The notes below the pieces were generated by a model, which searched no databases, had not been told where the DNA came from, and saw nothing but the letters and a program-made list of their open reading frames with translations. The position numbers and the translations under genes were made by a program. Shown one piece after another: positions 18,969-28,334 of a DNA stretch of 64,000 bases. Origin of the DNA: an uncultured Lachnospiraceae bacterium (GTDB lineage: Bacteria; Bacillota; Clostridia; Lachnospirales; Lachnospiraceae); contig CATOJY010000005.1 in NCBI GenBank assembly GCA_951800685.1, forward strand, positions 21,447-85,446, in the 5' to 3' direction. Within the stretch, counting starts at the first letter, position 1, and each line of letters starts with the position of its first letter.

Positions 18969-19601
18969 TCAGGTGTCTGTCATCGGCGGCAGCGTCAGAT
19001 AATTGAGTGCGCCTTCTGGGACACCCGTTCCCCGTTCCAGGAGCGCCACAAGTCCCCGGATCGTATCTTCTGAATCCTCGGCGGTAGAAGACAGGAAGGT
19101 GTTGTTCAGCTTGACGGCCAGCACGATCAGTACGATTTCGGCAAGGGCTGCCGGATATTCAAAATGGATCTCGCCCGCAGTAATGCCCTGCCTTATGATT
19201 TCTGTCAGACTCGGTTTTAATTCGGCAATCAGATGATTCATATATTTCTGGTGAAGAAAGGCGCTCTCCTGGGCATTAGCCATGATAGCAGCGCTGTTGT
19301 CCTGGTTCAAGAAAGCGTCTGAAGAGTTGCGGCATGCCTGCAGGATCATGGCCATGCGCGTGAAGGGCGAGATCTCTGTCTGGCTGGCAAGCGTTTTTGC
19401 TGTTTTCAGTGGTTTCTCATAATTTCTTTCGATCAATGCATCGAGGATTGCTTCTTTAGAAGGAAAGTAGTAATAGATACTTCCCTTGCCAATTCCTGCT
19501 TTCTCTGCAATATCACTGACGGAAATATTCTGTATATTCTGATCCTCCAGAAGCTGATGGAGTGCGTCTAAAATTCTGTCATATTTCTTTGCGTCTGGCA
19601 T
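18969..19601 (-). CDS. TetR/AcrR-family regulator
   Basis: ISVSDIAEKAGIGKGSIYYYFPSKEAIL HTH. Confidence 0.95.
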   Translation of the reverse strand: MPDAKKYDRILDALHQLLEDQNIQNISVSDIAEKAGIGKGSIYYYFPSKEAILDALIERNYEKPLKTAKTLASQTEISPFTRMAMILQACRNSSDAFLNQDNSAAIMANAQESAFLHQKYMNHLIAELKPSLTEIIRQGITAGEIHFEYPAALAEIVLIVLAVKLNNTFLSSTAEDSEDTIRGLVALLERGTGVPEGALNYLTLPPMTDT

Positions 19602-19739
19602 AGGAAACCTCCGTATTAAATGTATGCTTGCGTTTCGAGAATATTATAAGCAATCATATCACAAACAGCATTTGCGGACAATTATAAATAATGCCACAAA
19701 AAGAAGAAAAAGTTCTCAACTAATTAGCTAAAAATATAG

Positions 19740-19799
19740 TTGACCATTGGTCGAAATGTATGGTACTGTTTCTTTAGAGATATTCGACCGACGGTCGAA
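19740..19799 (+). promoter_or_regulatory. Promoter with two TetR-type operators (GACC-N3-GGTC)
   Basis: Perfect palindrome TTCGACCG-A-CGGTCGAA at 19783-19799; near copy TTGACCATTGGTCGAA at 19740-19755 overlapping -35 TTGACC; extended -10 TGgTACTGT at 19761-19769. Confidence 0.7.
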
Positions 19800-19912
19800 A
19801 CTATGGTAATGCAAAATACATGCATCATGTCAGTCAGATTGGCGCATTCTAAGAAGATAGGACAATAAGATAACAGATTGATAATCTGAGGGGAGAAAAA
19901 GGAGGAAAAAGT

Positions 19913-20359
19913 ATGACTTACGCAGATTTATTTTATGAAATTAAAGGTAAATTTATGGGAGCTGATGTGAGTGATATTCATGAACATCTTGCGTTCCAGT
20001 TTAATATTGAAGATGAGGAGGCAGGCGGTGCTTTTTATGTGGAAGTGAAAGACGGCGTACTTTATGTGGAGCCGTATGAGTACTATGACAGGGACGCTAT
20101 GTTCATCTGTGCACCAGATGTACTATTTTGTATTGCTGACGGGACGATGGATCCGGTAGCAGCCTTTACGGAGCAGAAATTGCGTGTGGAGGGCAATATT
20201 GAAAAGGCGCTGCGGTTGAAAGAAATCATTGAAATGAAGAAGAACGCAGCACAGGAAAAGAGCATCGCGAAGAAGGCAGCTGAGAAAGTAGTAGATACAG
20301 TTGCAAAGACAGTGGCCAAAAAAGTGGTAGAAAAAGAGACAAAAAAAGGTAAAAAGTAA
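19913..20359 (+). CDS. SCP2 sterol/lipid-binding domain protein with basic C-terminal tail
   Basis: FQFNI...FYVEVKDG...DPVAAFTEQKLRVEGNIEKAL SCP2 pattern. Confidence 0.85.
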   Translation: MTYADLFYEIKGKFMGADVSDIHEHLAFQFNIEDEEAGGAFYVEVKDGVLYVEPYEYYDRDAMFICAPDVLFCIADGTMDPVAAFTEQKLRVEGNIEKALRLKEIIEMKKNAAQEKSIAKKAAEKVVDTVAKTVAKKVVEKETKKGKK

Positions 20360-20448
20360 GACAAAAGCAGAACAGAGTTGGAAGGAAAGATAACAGGCAA
20401 GGAAGCAGAAATGCTATACAAAATAAAAAGAAAGAAGATGATGAAACG

Positions 20449-21435
20449 ATGGGAGCGTTGAAGAAAATCGTTGCAGCAGTCGGAATCCTGGCTGCAGCAG
20501 GAGTAGGCGAGACGGTGTATTTTTACAACAGGACCATGAAGCGGGGAAATGCGAAAACGGAGCGGACGACGAAGATGTCCGGCACGGACTGGCAGCAGTA
20601 CTTTCCACTGATGGAGGAGAGAAAAGAGTTTGTGATGGCCCAGCAGCACAGCGATGTTTATGTGACATCGTTTGACGGACTTAAGCTCCATGCAACCTAC
20701 TTTCCAGCGCTGGAAGAGGAAGGTGATAAGGAAGGGGTAAAGCCATCTGATAAAGTTTCCGGGATCAAGAAAGCCGTGATCTGTTTCCATGGCTATACGG
20801 GAGAAGGTCTCAGCAATCATATGGCGATCGCAGATTATTTTCTGAAACACGGTTACACCATGCTTCTGCCAGATGCGCGGGCACATGGAGAGAGTGAAGG
20901 CGAGTACATCGGGTTTGGCTGTCTGGACAGAAAAGACGCCCTGGGCTGGATCAACTGGGTGATCCAGGAGTGTGGCGAGGACGTGGAGATCATGCTTTTC
21001 GGTACTTCTATGGGCGGCGCAACGGTGTTGATGACGAGCGGTCTGGAGCTGCCTGGCAATGTAAGAGGCATCGTATCCGACTGCGGGTTCACTTCCCCTA
21101 AAGAAGTGTTCACCCATGTATTAAACAATATGTATCATCTGCCAGCATTTCCAGCTATTCAAGGAGCAGATATAATGAATAAGAAACTTGCAGGTTACGG
21201 GATGGATGAGTGCAATGCCAAGTATGAAGTGCAGAAGGCCCAGGTGCCGATTCTTTTCATACATGGTTCGGCGGATACTTTTGTACCATGCAGTATGTGC
21301 GATGAGATCTACGAGAACTGCCGTTCGCCGAAGCATAAGTTGATCGTGGAAGGGGCAGCTCATGCAGAGAGTTACTATAAGGATATGGAGAGCTATGAGA
21401 AAACGCTGGATGAGTTTGCGGAAGAGATTTTTTGA
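20449..21435 (+). CDS. Alpha/beta hydrolase (esterase/lipase-like)
   Basis: FHGY, DARAHGESEG, GTSMGG nucleophile, HGSADTFVP, GAAHAES; hydrophobic N-terminus. Confidence 0.92.
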   Translation: MGALKKIVAAVGILAAAGVGETVYFYNRTMKRGNAKTERTTKMSGTDWQQYFPLMEERKEFVMAQQHSDVYVTSFDGLKLHATYFPALEEEGDKEGVKPSDKVSGIKKAVICFHGYTGEGLSNHMAIADYFLKHGYTMLLPDARAHGESEGEYIGFGCLDRKDALGWINWVIQECGEDVEIMLFGTSMGGATVLMTSGLELPGNVRGIVSDCGFTSPKEVFTHVLNNMYHLPAFPAIQGADIMNKKLAGYGMDECNAKYEVQKAQVPILFIHGSADTFVPCSMCDEIYENCRSPKHKLIVEGAAHAESYYKDMESYEKTLDEFAEEIF

Positions 21436-21462
21436 GTATGAAAAGGAGATGTGGCTATAAAT

Positions 21463-22866
21463 ATGAAGACAAGAAAAGGTTATAAGACTTACCCGTTGAC
21501 GGTTGCACAGAAATTCCATAACTATTATGCGAAGTACTGTCCGGGAAAAGAAGTACTGAATGTAGGTACGAGTCTGACAATAGAGTTTGAATTGAACATC
21601 GACGAGCTTCGGAAAGCTATTTATAAAGCGTATGAACGCTGTGAGTCCATGCGTGCACGGCTGGCCTATGACAAGAAAGAACAGGAATGGTACCAGTATA
21701 TTGTGGAAAAAGAAGACCGTGAAATTGCATTTGTAGATTTTACGGGCAAAACAATGGAAGAGGCCGAGGCTGAGATGACGGCCTGGACGCGGGTGCCTTT
21801 TGACAAGGAAGATGAGCCGATGAACAGGGTTGCCATCATCAAGACACCGGACGGCTTCGAAGGCATGTTTCTTGTGGGAGACCACAGATTTCTGGATGCG
21901 CAGTCATTAATCGGATTTATGAAGGATGTGATTGAGTTGTATTGTAATGCAAATTTCGAGAACATTCCTTATCCGGCTGATATGCGTTCCTATATCGAGC
22001 AGGTGGAAAAAGATCTTGCGTATGAGAATGGAAGTAAGGCGCAGGCCAGAGACCGGGCTTATTTCCAGAAGCTGATCGAGGAGTCGGAACCGATCTACAA
22101 CGGTATAGAAGGACCGAAGAAGTTGGAGGAAGCCAGGGCAGTTACGGGCAATCCTAATCTGCGTGCGGCGCCTACGGGATCGGACAGCTTTGCAGCGGCT
22201 ATCGATGTCTTCCATCTGGAGGAGGAGCCGACGAGAAGACTGATGACCTTCTGTGAACAGCAGCATATTTCACTGCAATGTCTGCTGGTTATGGGAATTC
22301 GTACCTATCTGCAGAAGATCAATGCATGTGATGATGTGTCTATGCAGATCGCCTATGCAAGACGGGCGACCCTGCAGGAGAAAAAGTCGGGCGGTACACG
22401 AATCCACTGTTTCCCGTTCAGAACAGTGATCCCTGAGGAAAAGACTTTTTTGGAGGGAATTTTTGAAATTAGGGATAAGCAGAATGAGGTGTTCCGGTAT
22501 GTGAATTTCAATCCGGCTGAATATCTTGCTTACCGGGGTCAGCTCTATAATCCGCCTCAGGGAATGGGTTATGAGACAGTATCGCTCACATATCAGCCAG
22601 CTACTTTGCGGGAAAAGGGGTTGACAGATCTGGGCGGTATACGGTATAAGACGAAACGCTACTGCAACGGCTACTATTCGGATGGACTGTATCTTACAGT
22701 TATGCACCGGTCTGAGGACAACGGATTAGATTTCAGTTTCGAACATCAGACGAAGGCATATAGCAAGGAACAGTTGGAGTATTTCTATTATTATATCTGT
22801 AAGATCATGTTTAAGGGAATTGAAAATCCGGATTTGAAGATTGGAGAGATTATTAGACTTGTGTGA
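21463..22866 (+). CDS. Stand-alone NRPS condensation-domain protein
   Basis: YPLTVAQ (C1 motif), RCESMR, active-site-like DHRFLDA, YARR; ATG 21463 (GTG 21451 also possible). Confidence 0.85.
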   Translation: MKTRKGYKTYPLTVAQKFHNYYAKYCPGKEVLNVGTSLTIEFELNIDELRKAIYKAYERCESMRARLAYDKKEQEWYQYIVEKEDREIAFVDFTGKTMEEAEAEMTAWTRVPFDKEDEPMNRVAIIKTPDGFEGMFLVGDHRFLDAQSLIGFMKDVIELYCNANFENIPYPADMRSYIEQVEKDLAYENGSKAQARDRAYFQKLIEESEPIYNGIEGPKKLEEARAVTGNPNLRAAPTGSDSFAAAIDVFHLEEEPTRRLMTFCEQQHISLQCLLVMGIRTYLQKINACDDVSMQIAYARRATLQEKKSGGTRIHCFPFRTVIPEEKTFLEGIFEIRDKQNEVFRYVNFNPAEYLAYRGQLYNPPQGMGYETVSLTYQPATLREKGLTDLGGIRYKTKRYCNGYYSDGLYLTVMHRSEDNGLDFSFEHQTKAYSKEQLEYFYYYICKIMFKGIENPDLKIGEIIRLV

Positions 22867-22988
22867 CTGGGGTTGAGAGATAAAGGAGTCCTTGAGGCTG
22901 AGAGGGCGCAATACGCATGGTGTCCTCTCGAATCAGGCTCCAATCAGGGGTTTGGCCAGTGAGCAACTTATTTTTATGAGAAGAAAGG

Positions 22989-23222
22989 ATGAGAGAAATG
23001 TTTGAACAGTTAAAAGATATCATCGTAAATTATGTGGAAGTAAAGAAGGAGGATATCAAGCCGGAATCCCGTTTTATTGAGGACCTGGGGTTTACCTCGT
23101 TTGACTTTATGAGTATGTTAGGTGAGATTGAGGATGTAATGGATCTTGAGATCGACCAGGAGCAAGTGGCTGATATCCGTACCGTGCAGGAAGCGGTGGA
23201 TTATCTGGAGAAATTGGCATAA
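22989..23222 (+). CDS. Acyl carrier protein
   Basis: 77 aa, acidic; EDLGFTSFD with putative phosphopantetheine Ser; IRTVQEAVDYL. Confidence 0.9.
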   Translation: MREMFEQLKDIIVNYVEVKKEDIKPESRFIEDLGFTSFDFMSMLGEIEDVMDLEIDQEQVADIRTVQEAVDYLEKLA

Positions 23223-23358
23223 GTTGCAATCATTCAGCGGAGTCTGTGCATCTGGCGCACTGGCTTTGCGAAAGCAGAGTGGAAAGGATTTGGATTCTGA
23301 TACGGAGTTTGACGCTAATATGTTGTAAAGGCGTGCAGGGCACGCAGAGGGAGAATCT

Positions 23359-24897
23359 ATGAACGAATTGCGCAGTACTATTTATGAGCTGCTTGTAAAG
23401 GCACAGGAAGCTTACGGACCGCAGGATGCTATTCGGTATAAGGTGAAAGAAGCCGGAGACGGCGGTAAGAAGGAGACAAAAGTAGCGGCGAAGACGTATA
23501 CACAGCTGCGTCAGGACAGTGAATATTTCTCAGCGGCACTCAAGAAGCTGGGGCAGCAGGGAAAACATATCGCACTTGTGGGAGCGACCTCTTATTCCTG
23601 GATCGTTTGTTATTACGGGATCGTAAATGGTGGCAGCGTGGCAGTGCCTTTGGATGCAAATCTTCCAGCTGAGGATCTGTGTGAGTTGATTGACAGGGCG
23701 GATGTGACCACATTTCTCTATGATGAGTCTAAGGCCAATGTGGCGCTTATGGCAGCAGAGAAGTGTCCGAAGCTGGTTAATATCATTGCCATGGAGGACA
23801 ACACCGTGGTTCCGAATGCGTTTTCCATGTGGAACCTGATTGGGGAAGAGATACAGAGAGATGATTTTAAGCCCAATCCGGAAGATCTGGCTACGATCAT
23901 GTTTACTTCAGGGACCACAGGCAAGAGCAAAGGGGTTATGCTCACGCACAGGAATCTGGCGGAGAATGCTACGGCTCTTGATATGGGATATGAGCCGGGT
24001 ATGGTGGTAATGAGTGTGCTGCCGATTCACCATGCATACTGTCTGAGTATGGATATCCTTAAAGGAACTTCCATTGGGGCAATCATCTGCATCAATGATT
24101 CCCTGCTGCGGGTGGCCAAGAATATCAAGCTTTTTGAGCCTAATATGATCCTAATGGTGCCGCTTATGGTGGAGACGCTGGCTAAGAAACTGGAAGAAGC
24201 GTCTTTGATTCCCGCACCGCTTGTTAAGATCAAAGTATTTGGTAAGCAGTTTCATACTGTATGCAGCGGAGGCGCGTATCTGAATCCGTCCTATATTGAC
24301 CTGTTTAAAAAGTATGGTATCACGATTCTGCAAGGTTATGGTATGACGGAGTGTGCACCAGTCATCAGTACGAACTGTAATGGGGCCTTCAAAGCAGGGT
24401 CAATCGGTAAATGTATGCCCAACTGCGAGGTGAAGATCGTAGAGGAAGAGATTTGGGTAAAAGGTACAAGTGTGATGCAGGGCTATTACCAGATGCCGGA
24501 GGAGACGACGCAGACACTTGAGGACGGTTGGCTGAAAACAGGTGATCTAGGCTACATAGATGAGGATGGGTTCCTGTTCTTGACAGGCCGTAAGAAAAAC
24601 CTGATTATCACGCCAAATGGCGAGAATGTGTCTCCGGAAGAAATTGAAAATAAACTCAGTGCGAAGCGCCTGGTACAGGAAGTACTGGTACGTGACAGTG
24701 AGGGACTGATTGAGGCAGAGATCTTTCCGGATTACGAATATGCGTCTAAGAAGAAAATCAAGAATCTGCAGGCAGAATTGCAGTCGATTATTGACGATTA
24801 CAACAAGACGGCGCCGCTTTATAAGAGAATTTTTAAATTAAAAGTGCGGGACGTGGAGTTTGAAAAAAATACGACGAAGAAGATTAAGAGATTCTAA
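23359..24897 (+). CDS. AMP-binding fatty acyl ligase (adenylation enzyme)
   Basis: FTSGTTGKSKG, GYGMTE, WLKTGDLG, GRKKNLI, TTKKIKR. Confidence 0.93.
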   Translation: MNELRSTIYELLVKAQEAYGPQDAIRYKVKEAGDGGKKETKVAAKTYTQLRQDSEYFSAALKKLGQQGKHIALVGATSYSWIVCYYGIVNGGSVAVPLDANLPAEDLCELIDRADVTTFLYDESKANVALMAAEKCPKLVNIIAMEDNTVVPNAFSMWNLIGEEIQRDDFKPNPEDLATIMFTSGTTGKSKGVMLTHRNLAENATALDMGYEPGMVVMSVLPIHHAYCLSMDILKGTSIGAIICINDSLLRVAKNIKLFEPNMILMVPLMVETLAKKLEEASLIPAPLVKIKVFGKQFHTVCSGGAYLNPSYIDLFKKYGITILQGYGMTECAPVISTNCNGAFKAGSIGKCMPNCEVKIVEEEIWVKGTSVMQGYYQMPEETTQTLEDGWLKTGDLGYIDEDGFLFLTGRKKNLIITPNGENVSPEEIENKLSAKRLVQEVLVRDSEGLIEAEIFPDYEYASKKKIKNLQAELQSIIDDYNKTAPLYKRIFKLKVRDVEFEKNTTKKIKRF

Positions 24898-24930
24898 TCC
24901 AGAATAAAGAATGCGGGATGTATAAAAATA

Positions 24931-24980
24931 GAAAAAGTTGGGAAAGCGTAATAAATGTTTGGCGCTCTCTCAACTTTTTC
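24931..24980 (+). terminator. Stem-loop ending the acyl operon
   Basis: GAAAAAGTTGGGAAAGCG...CGCTCTCTCAACTTTTTC. Confidence 0.6.
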
Positions 24981-25204
24981 CATTCTTATAATACCACATA
25001 AATGCTGAAAATTCAAGACTAGTAGTGTACGTGGCGAGATGCTATAGTGATAGCTGTTACGTTTTGGTCTCTTGTCAGCCAGTCTGCTGGCTGACAGGAA
25101 TCAATAAGTAAATTGTGCGAAAGTGTAGTGGTTCAAAGTGTTCATCCTGTTGGAAAGCGATTCAGGATGGACGGGTACGTTTATCTTTTGTGACGTAAGG
25201 AGGT

Positions 25205-25741
25205 ATGCTGTTGGATAGGGACTGGATGGTTTTACTGCAGGGGAATCAGTTGGGTAAGGTGGTTGAGACGAACCGGACTACGGCGCAGTATGGGCTTACA
25301 CTGACCGAGGAGGAAGCGAGGCTGATTCTGCAGGAGCGAAAAAGTGCGCTGCAGGAACAGAAAAGGGTGGAATTCGGGGATTCGATTACACCGAGGATTA
25401 TCTATGAGTTTTGCGACTCAGACTTCATTGACCAGAATAATTATGTTGAGACGATCGTCCGGCTGCAGGAAATTTTTTACCTGTATAAGAATGAAATGAT
25501 GGATGAGATCTCAGATGATGAGCTTCTGCATCTGATGAAGGAACAGTTCGAGGAGATCTGTTTTGGAGATCTGGATTATCTGGAAGGCACATGTCTGAAC
25601 AACTTTGCACAGGCTGTGCGGGCAGGATATCATGGGTATGAAACCACGGAAGGGCGTGGGAAGGCTTCCGCTTTTGATGAAGTAAAGAGGTGGGATTATG
25701 ATCTGTATCTGGAGACGCTGCGGGATCTTTGCTGGAAATAG
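25205..25741 (+). CDS. Conserved hypothetical protein (DUF6323-like)
   Basis: YGLTLTEEEA...RVEFG...FCDS...LQEIFYLYKNE pattern recalled for this family; RBS AAGGAGG. Confidence 0.65.
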   Translation: MLLDRDWMVLLQGNQLGKVVETNRTTAQYGLTLTEEEARLILQERKSALQEQKRVEFGDSITPRIIYEFCDSDFIDQNNYVETIVRLQEIFYLYKNEMMDEISDDELLHLMKEQFEEICFGDLDYLEGTCLNNFAQAVRAGYHGYETTEGRGKASAFDEVKRWDYDLYLETLRDLCWK

Positions 25742-25779
25742 CTTATTGCAGGGTGATTGAGCTGGAAAGGAGGCGTGAT

Positions 25780-26703
25780 ATGTATACAATGGAAGAATTG
25801 GTGCCGCTTGTGGGCAGGCTGGCAGAAAAGTATTGTGCATATGGGAGTTCGTCAGTGACATATGAGAAGGCAGAGCAGTTGATGGGAGCAGTCCTGTACT
25901 GCATCCATGAGGCAGAAAATACTGAGCTAGATATGACAGATGTGTCAGATATGTTGGGAACAGTGGAAAAACCTGTGATGGATACAGAAAAGGCAATAGA
26001 CAACCTGTCATTACGACGAGAAACTTTACCAGCAGCAACGGGAAGCATGTCGGCGGAACAGGCGTATGAGAAGGGGATAAAGCTTGTAAAGCAGAAGACA
26101 GAGAACACACTTACAAGGTATAATCATTTTATGCAGAAATTTGACTGGTATGGCAGCAAATGTCTGCATGATACCATGGTGAAAGGAATGCCGGAATTTT
26201 TTAAATGGTATGACTGCCAGATGGAGCCGCAGAATACGGTGTTAATGCTGGACTACCCGGTGCTGCGTGATCTGTCCGGTCTTACAGGAATTGATAAGAT
26301 TGCCGCCTTTTTGGAATGCATTCGTTTAGAGCAGATGTTTTTAGGCAGGTTTCCGAAAGATTATGTGCGTACTGTGTTGTCAGGACATAACCGGATGTAT
26401 GAAGAAATGATAGAGAATATATGTGAAAATGTTCTTATATCGGTATTGGGACATGTTATGGCAAAACGGCCGTTGGCAGAGTGGAAACTTGCAGAGGAGG
26501 ATCATCTGCGGATTCAGGCCATATGTGGTCAGAGGGACACACAGGGCATAAGAGAACTTCTGGAAGATGCAGTGGATGCATTGGTAACAGAATATTTCGA
26601 CAGTGATATGATGTTGTCCAGCTATTTGAAAGAGGCGGTGGAGGATATAGCGGTACGTCTGAAATATGCAGCGGTGTATGGGGAGACGGAGAGTTTGTTT
26701 TGA
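25780..26703 (+). CDS. Conserved hypothetical protein (DUF6179-like)
   Basis: SSSVTYEKAEQLMGAVLYCI, FFKWYD..., LDYPVL, GIDKI; RBS AAGGAGG. Confidence 0.65.
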   Translation: MYTMEELVPLVGRLAEKYCAYGSSSVTYEKAEQLMGAVLYCIHEAENTELDMTDVSDMLGTVEKPVMDTEKAIDNLSLRRETLPAATGSMSAEQAYEKGIKLVKQKTENTLTRYNHFMQKFDWYGSKCLHDTMVKGMPEFFKWYDCQMEPQNTVLMLDYPVLRDLSGLTGIDKIAAFLECIRLEQMFLGRFPKDYVRTVLSGHNRMYEEMIENICENVLISVLGHVMAKRPLAEWKLAEEDHLRIQAICGQRDTQGIRELLEDAVDALVTEYFDSDMMLSSYLKEAVEDIAVRLKYAAVYGETESLF

Positions 26704-26748
26704 CAGAAAGAGAAAGGGAGGCCGATGTGCCTCCCTCTGTGTATCCCA

Positions 26749-27348
26749 TCATTCTTTTACTGCTGCGGCCAGAATTTTGACACATGTGTCAATTCCTAAG
26801 TTACCGGCATTCAGATATAGATCGTAATATTCAGGTGCACCCCATTCCCAGTTGGTAACGGAACTGTAGAAACCACCTCTTCGTTTGTCATTTCTTTTCA
26901 GGGCGTTTTCAGCCTCGGACTGCTTTATACCTTCCCGTTCGATGGCCCGCTTAATCCGTTTCTGTTTGTCTGCGTAAACAAATACTCTCAGAGCGTTTTC
27001 CTGCTCTCTAAGGATATAGCCAGAGGCCCTTCCAACGATGACACAGTTGCCCTTTCTGGCGGCATCCTCAATGATCCGCTCTTCTTCCAGGAACAACTTG
27101 TCTGCCAGAGGCAGTTCCCGGTTGCCAGAGAGACCGCCAAGGCCGGTTTTGGCAAGATTCATGAGTATGCCGCCGGAAGTGCTCTCATCCAGATCTTCGA
27201 TCTGGAAATAGGGAATCTCAAGATTTTTCGCTGCTTTGATGAGAATGTTTCTGTCATAGAGTTTATAGCCGAGTGCATCTGCCAGCTTCTGCCCGATCTC
27301 ATTTCCACCGCTGGCGTACCGGCGTTCAATTGTTACAATATTATACAT
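26749..27348 (-). CDS. Cytidylate kinase-like family protein
   Basis: IVTIERRYASGGNEIG, CVIVGR, LRVFVYAD, YDLYLN. Confidence 0.88.
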   Translation of the reverse strand: MYNIVTIERRYASGGNEIGQKLADALGYKLYDRNILIKAAKNLEIPYFQIEDLDESTSGGILMNLAKTGLGGLSGNRELPLADKLFLEEERIIEDAARKGNCVIVGRASGYILREQENALRVFVYADKQKRIKRAIEREGIKQSEAENALKRNDKRRGGFYSSVTNWEWGAPEYYDLYLNAGNLGIDTCVKILAAAVKE

Positions 27349-27583
27349 AAACACATCCCCCTTTTCTGTTATTTTTCTCTTATCTCTATTATATACACTC
27401 TTTTTTCATATAACAATTTATTTTTTCAGAAAATTATATTTAAGCATATACTTGCTGCATTTGTTTGGCGGGATGAATCGGGTATGCTATACTATATTGG
27501 ATTAGACGTTTGAATCTGCCAGACAGGGAGCTTTTGGGCTGGAGAATGCCTGGAAAATGAGTGTTCTTAGCAGGGAGGATAAT

Positions 27584-28021
27584 ATGATAAGATTAGCGAT
27601 GGAAAAAGATGCAGAAGAGCTGTTACTGTTGAATGAAGCATTTAATGGAAAAGGACTTGCAACAGTAGAATCTATCAAAAAGTCTCTTTTGGAGAATCCG
27701 CAGGAAGTGGTTGTGGTAGCGGAGGCAAATGGGACCATTGCCGGTTTTGTGTGCGTACAGATAAAAAAATCTTTTTGCTATCAGGATGATTTGGCAGAAA
27801 TTACAGAGGTATTTGTTGCGCAGGAATATAGAAGAAGAAAAATTGCAGGTAAAATGGTAGCTTATGCAGAGGAATACTGTATGCAGCAGTATAGGGTTCA
27901 TGATTTTGCGCTCTTGACTGGAAAAGAGAACGATGCTGCACAGGCATTGTACAGAGCGCGGGGATATCAGGAAGAAGACGAGATCTTTATGACCAAAGTA
28001 GAAGGAAGAGAGCAAGGATAG
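27584..28021 (+). CDS. GNAT N-acetyltransferase
   Basis: VFVAQEYRRRKIAG acetyl-CoA motif A; NDAAQALYRARGY. Confidence 0.88.
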   Translation: MIRLAMEKDAEELLLLNEAFNGKGLATVESIKKSLLENPQEVVVVAEANGTIAGFVCVQIKKSFCYQDDLAEITEVFVAQEYRRRKIAGKMVAYAEEYCMQQYRVHDFALLTGKENDAAQALYRARGYQEEDEIFMTKVEGREQG

Positions 28022-28334
28022 CTGCATACCGAGCAGTGCCCAAGAAACTGGCTGGGAATTGTGTTCATGGTTGGTTGGGACTGTAGGTCTGTGGGGATGG
28101 TAAGCTTGCAGGGTTACTGGCGTTTTTTGCCATAAAAAGACGTAATTTACAGGCAGAATTAAAATTTGGCAGGTCAGTTCGATTGAAAAAAGGGGCAAAG
28201 TCTGGTAAGATATGTGGTGTCGTGAGACATTACCGAGCAGGTATGCTCTTCCCATTGCAGTGTGGAGATGTACTCGTCAGGTAAATGTCTAGAAAATATT
28301 TTGCCGCAGATACCGTGGCGGAATGGAGAGAACT

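Noticed and set aside
20083-21117. 344-aa antisense ORF
   Set aside because: Opposite SCP2 and the hydrolase; no recognisable domain
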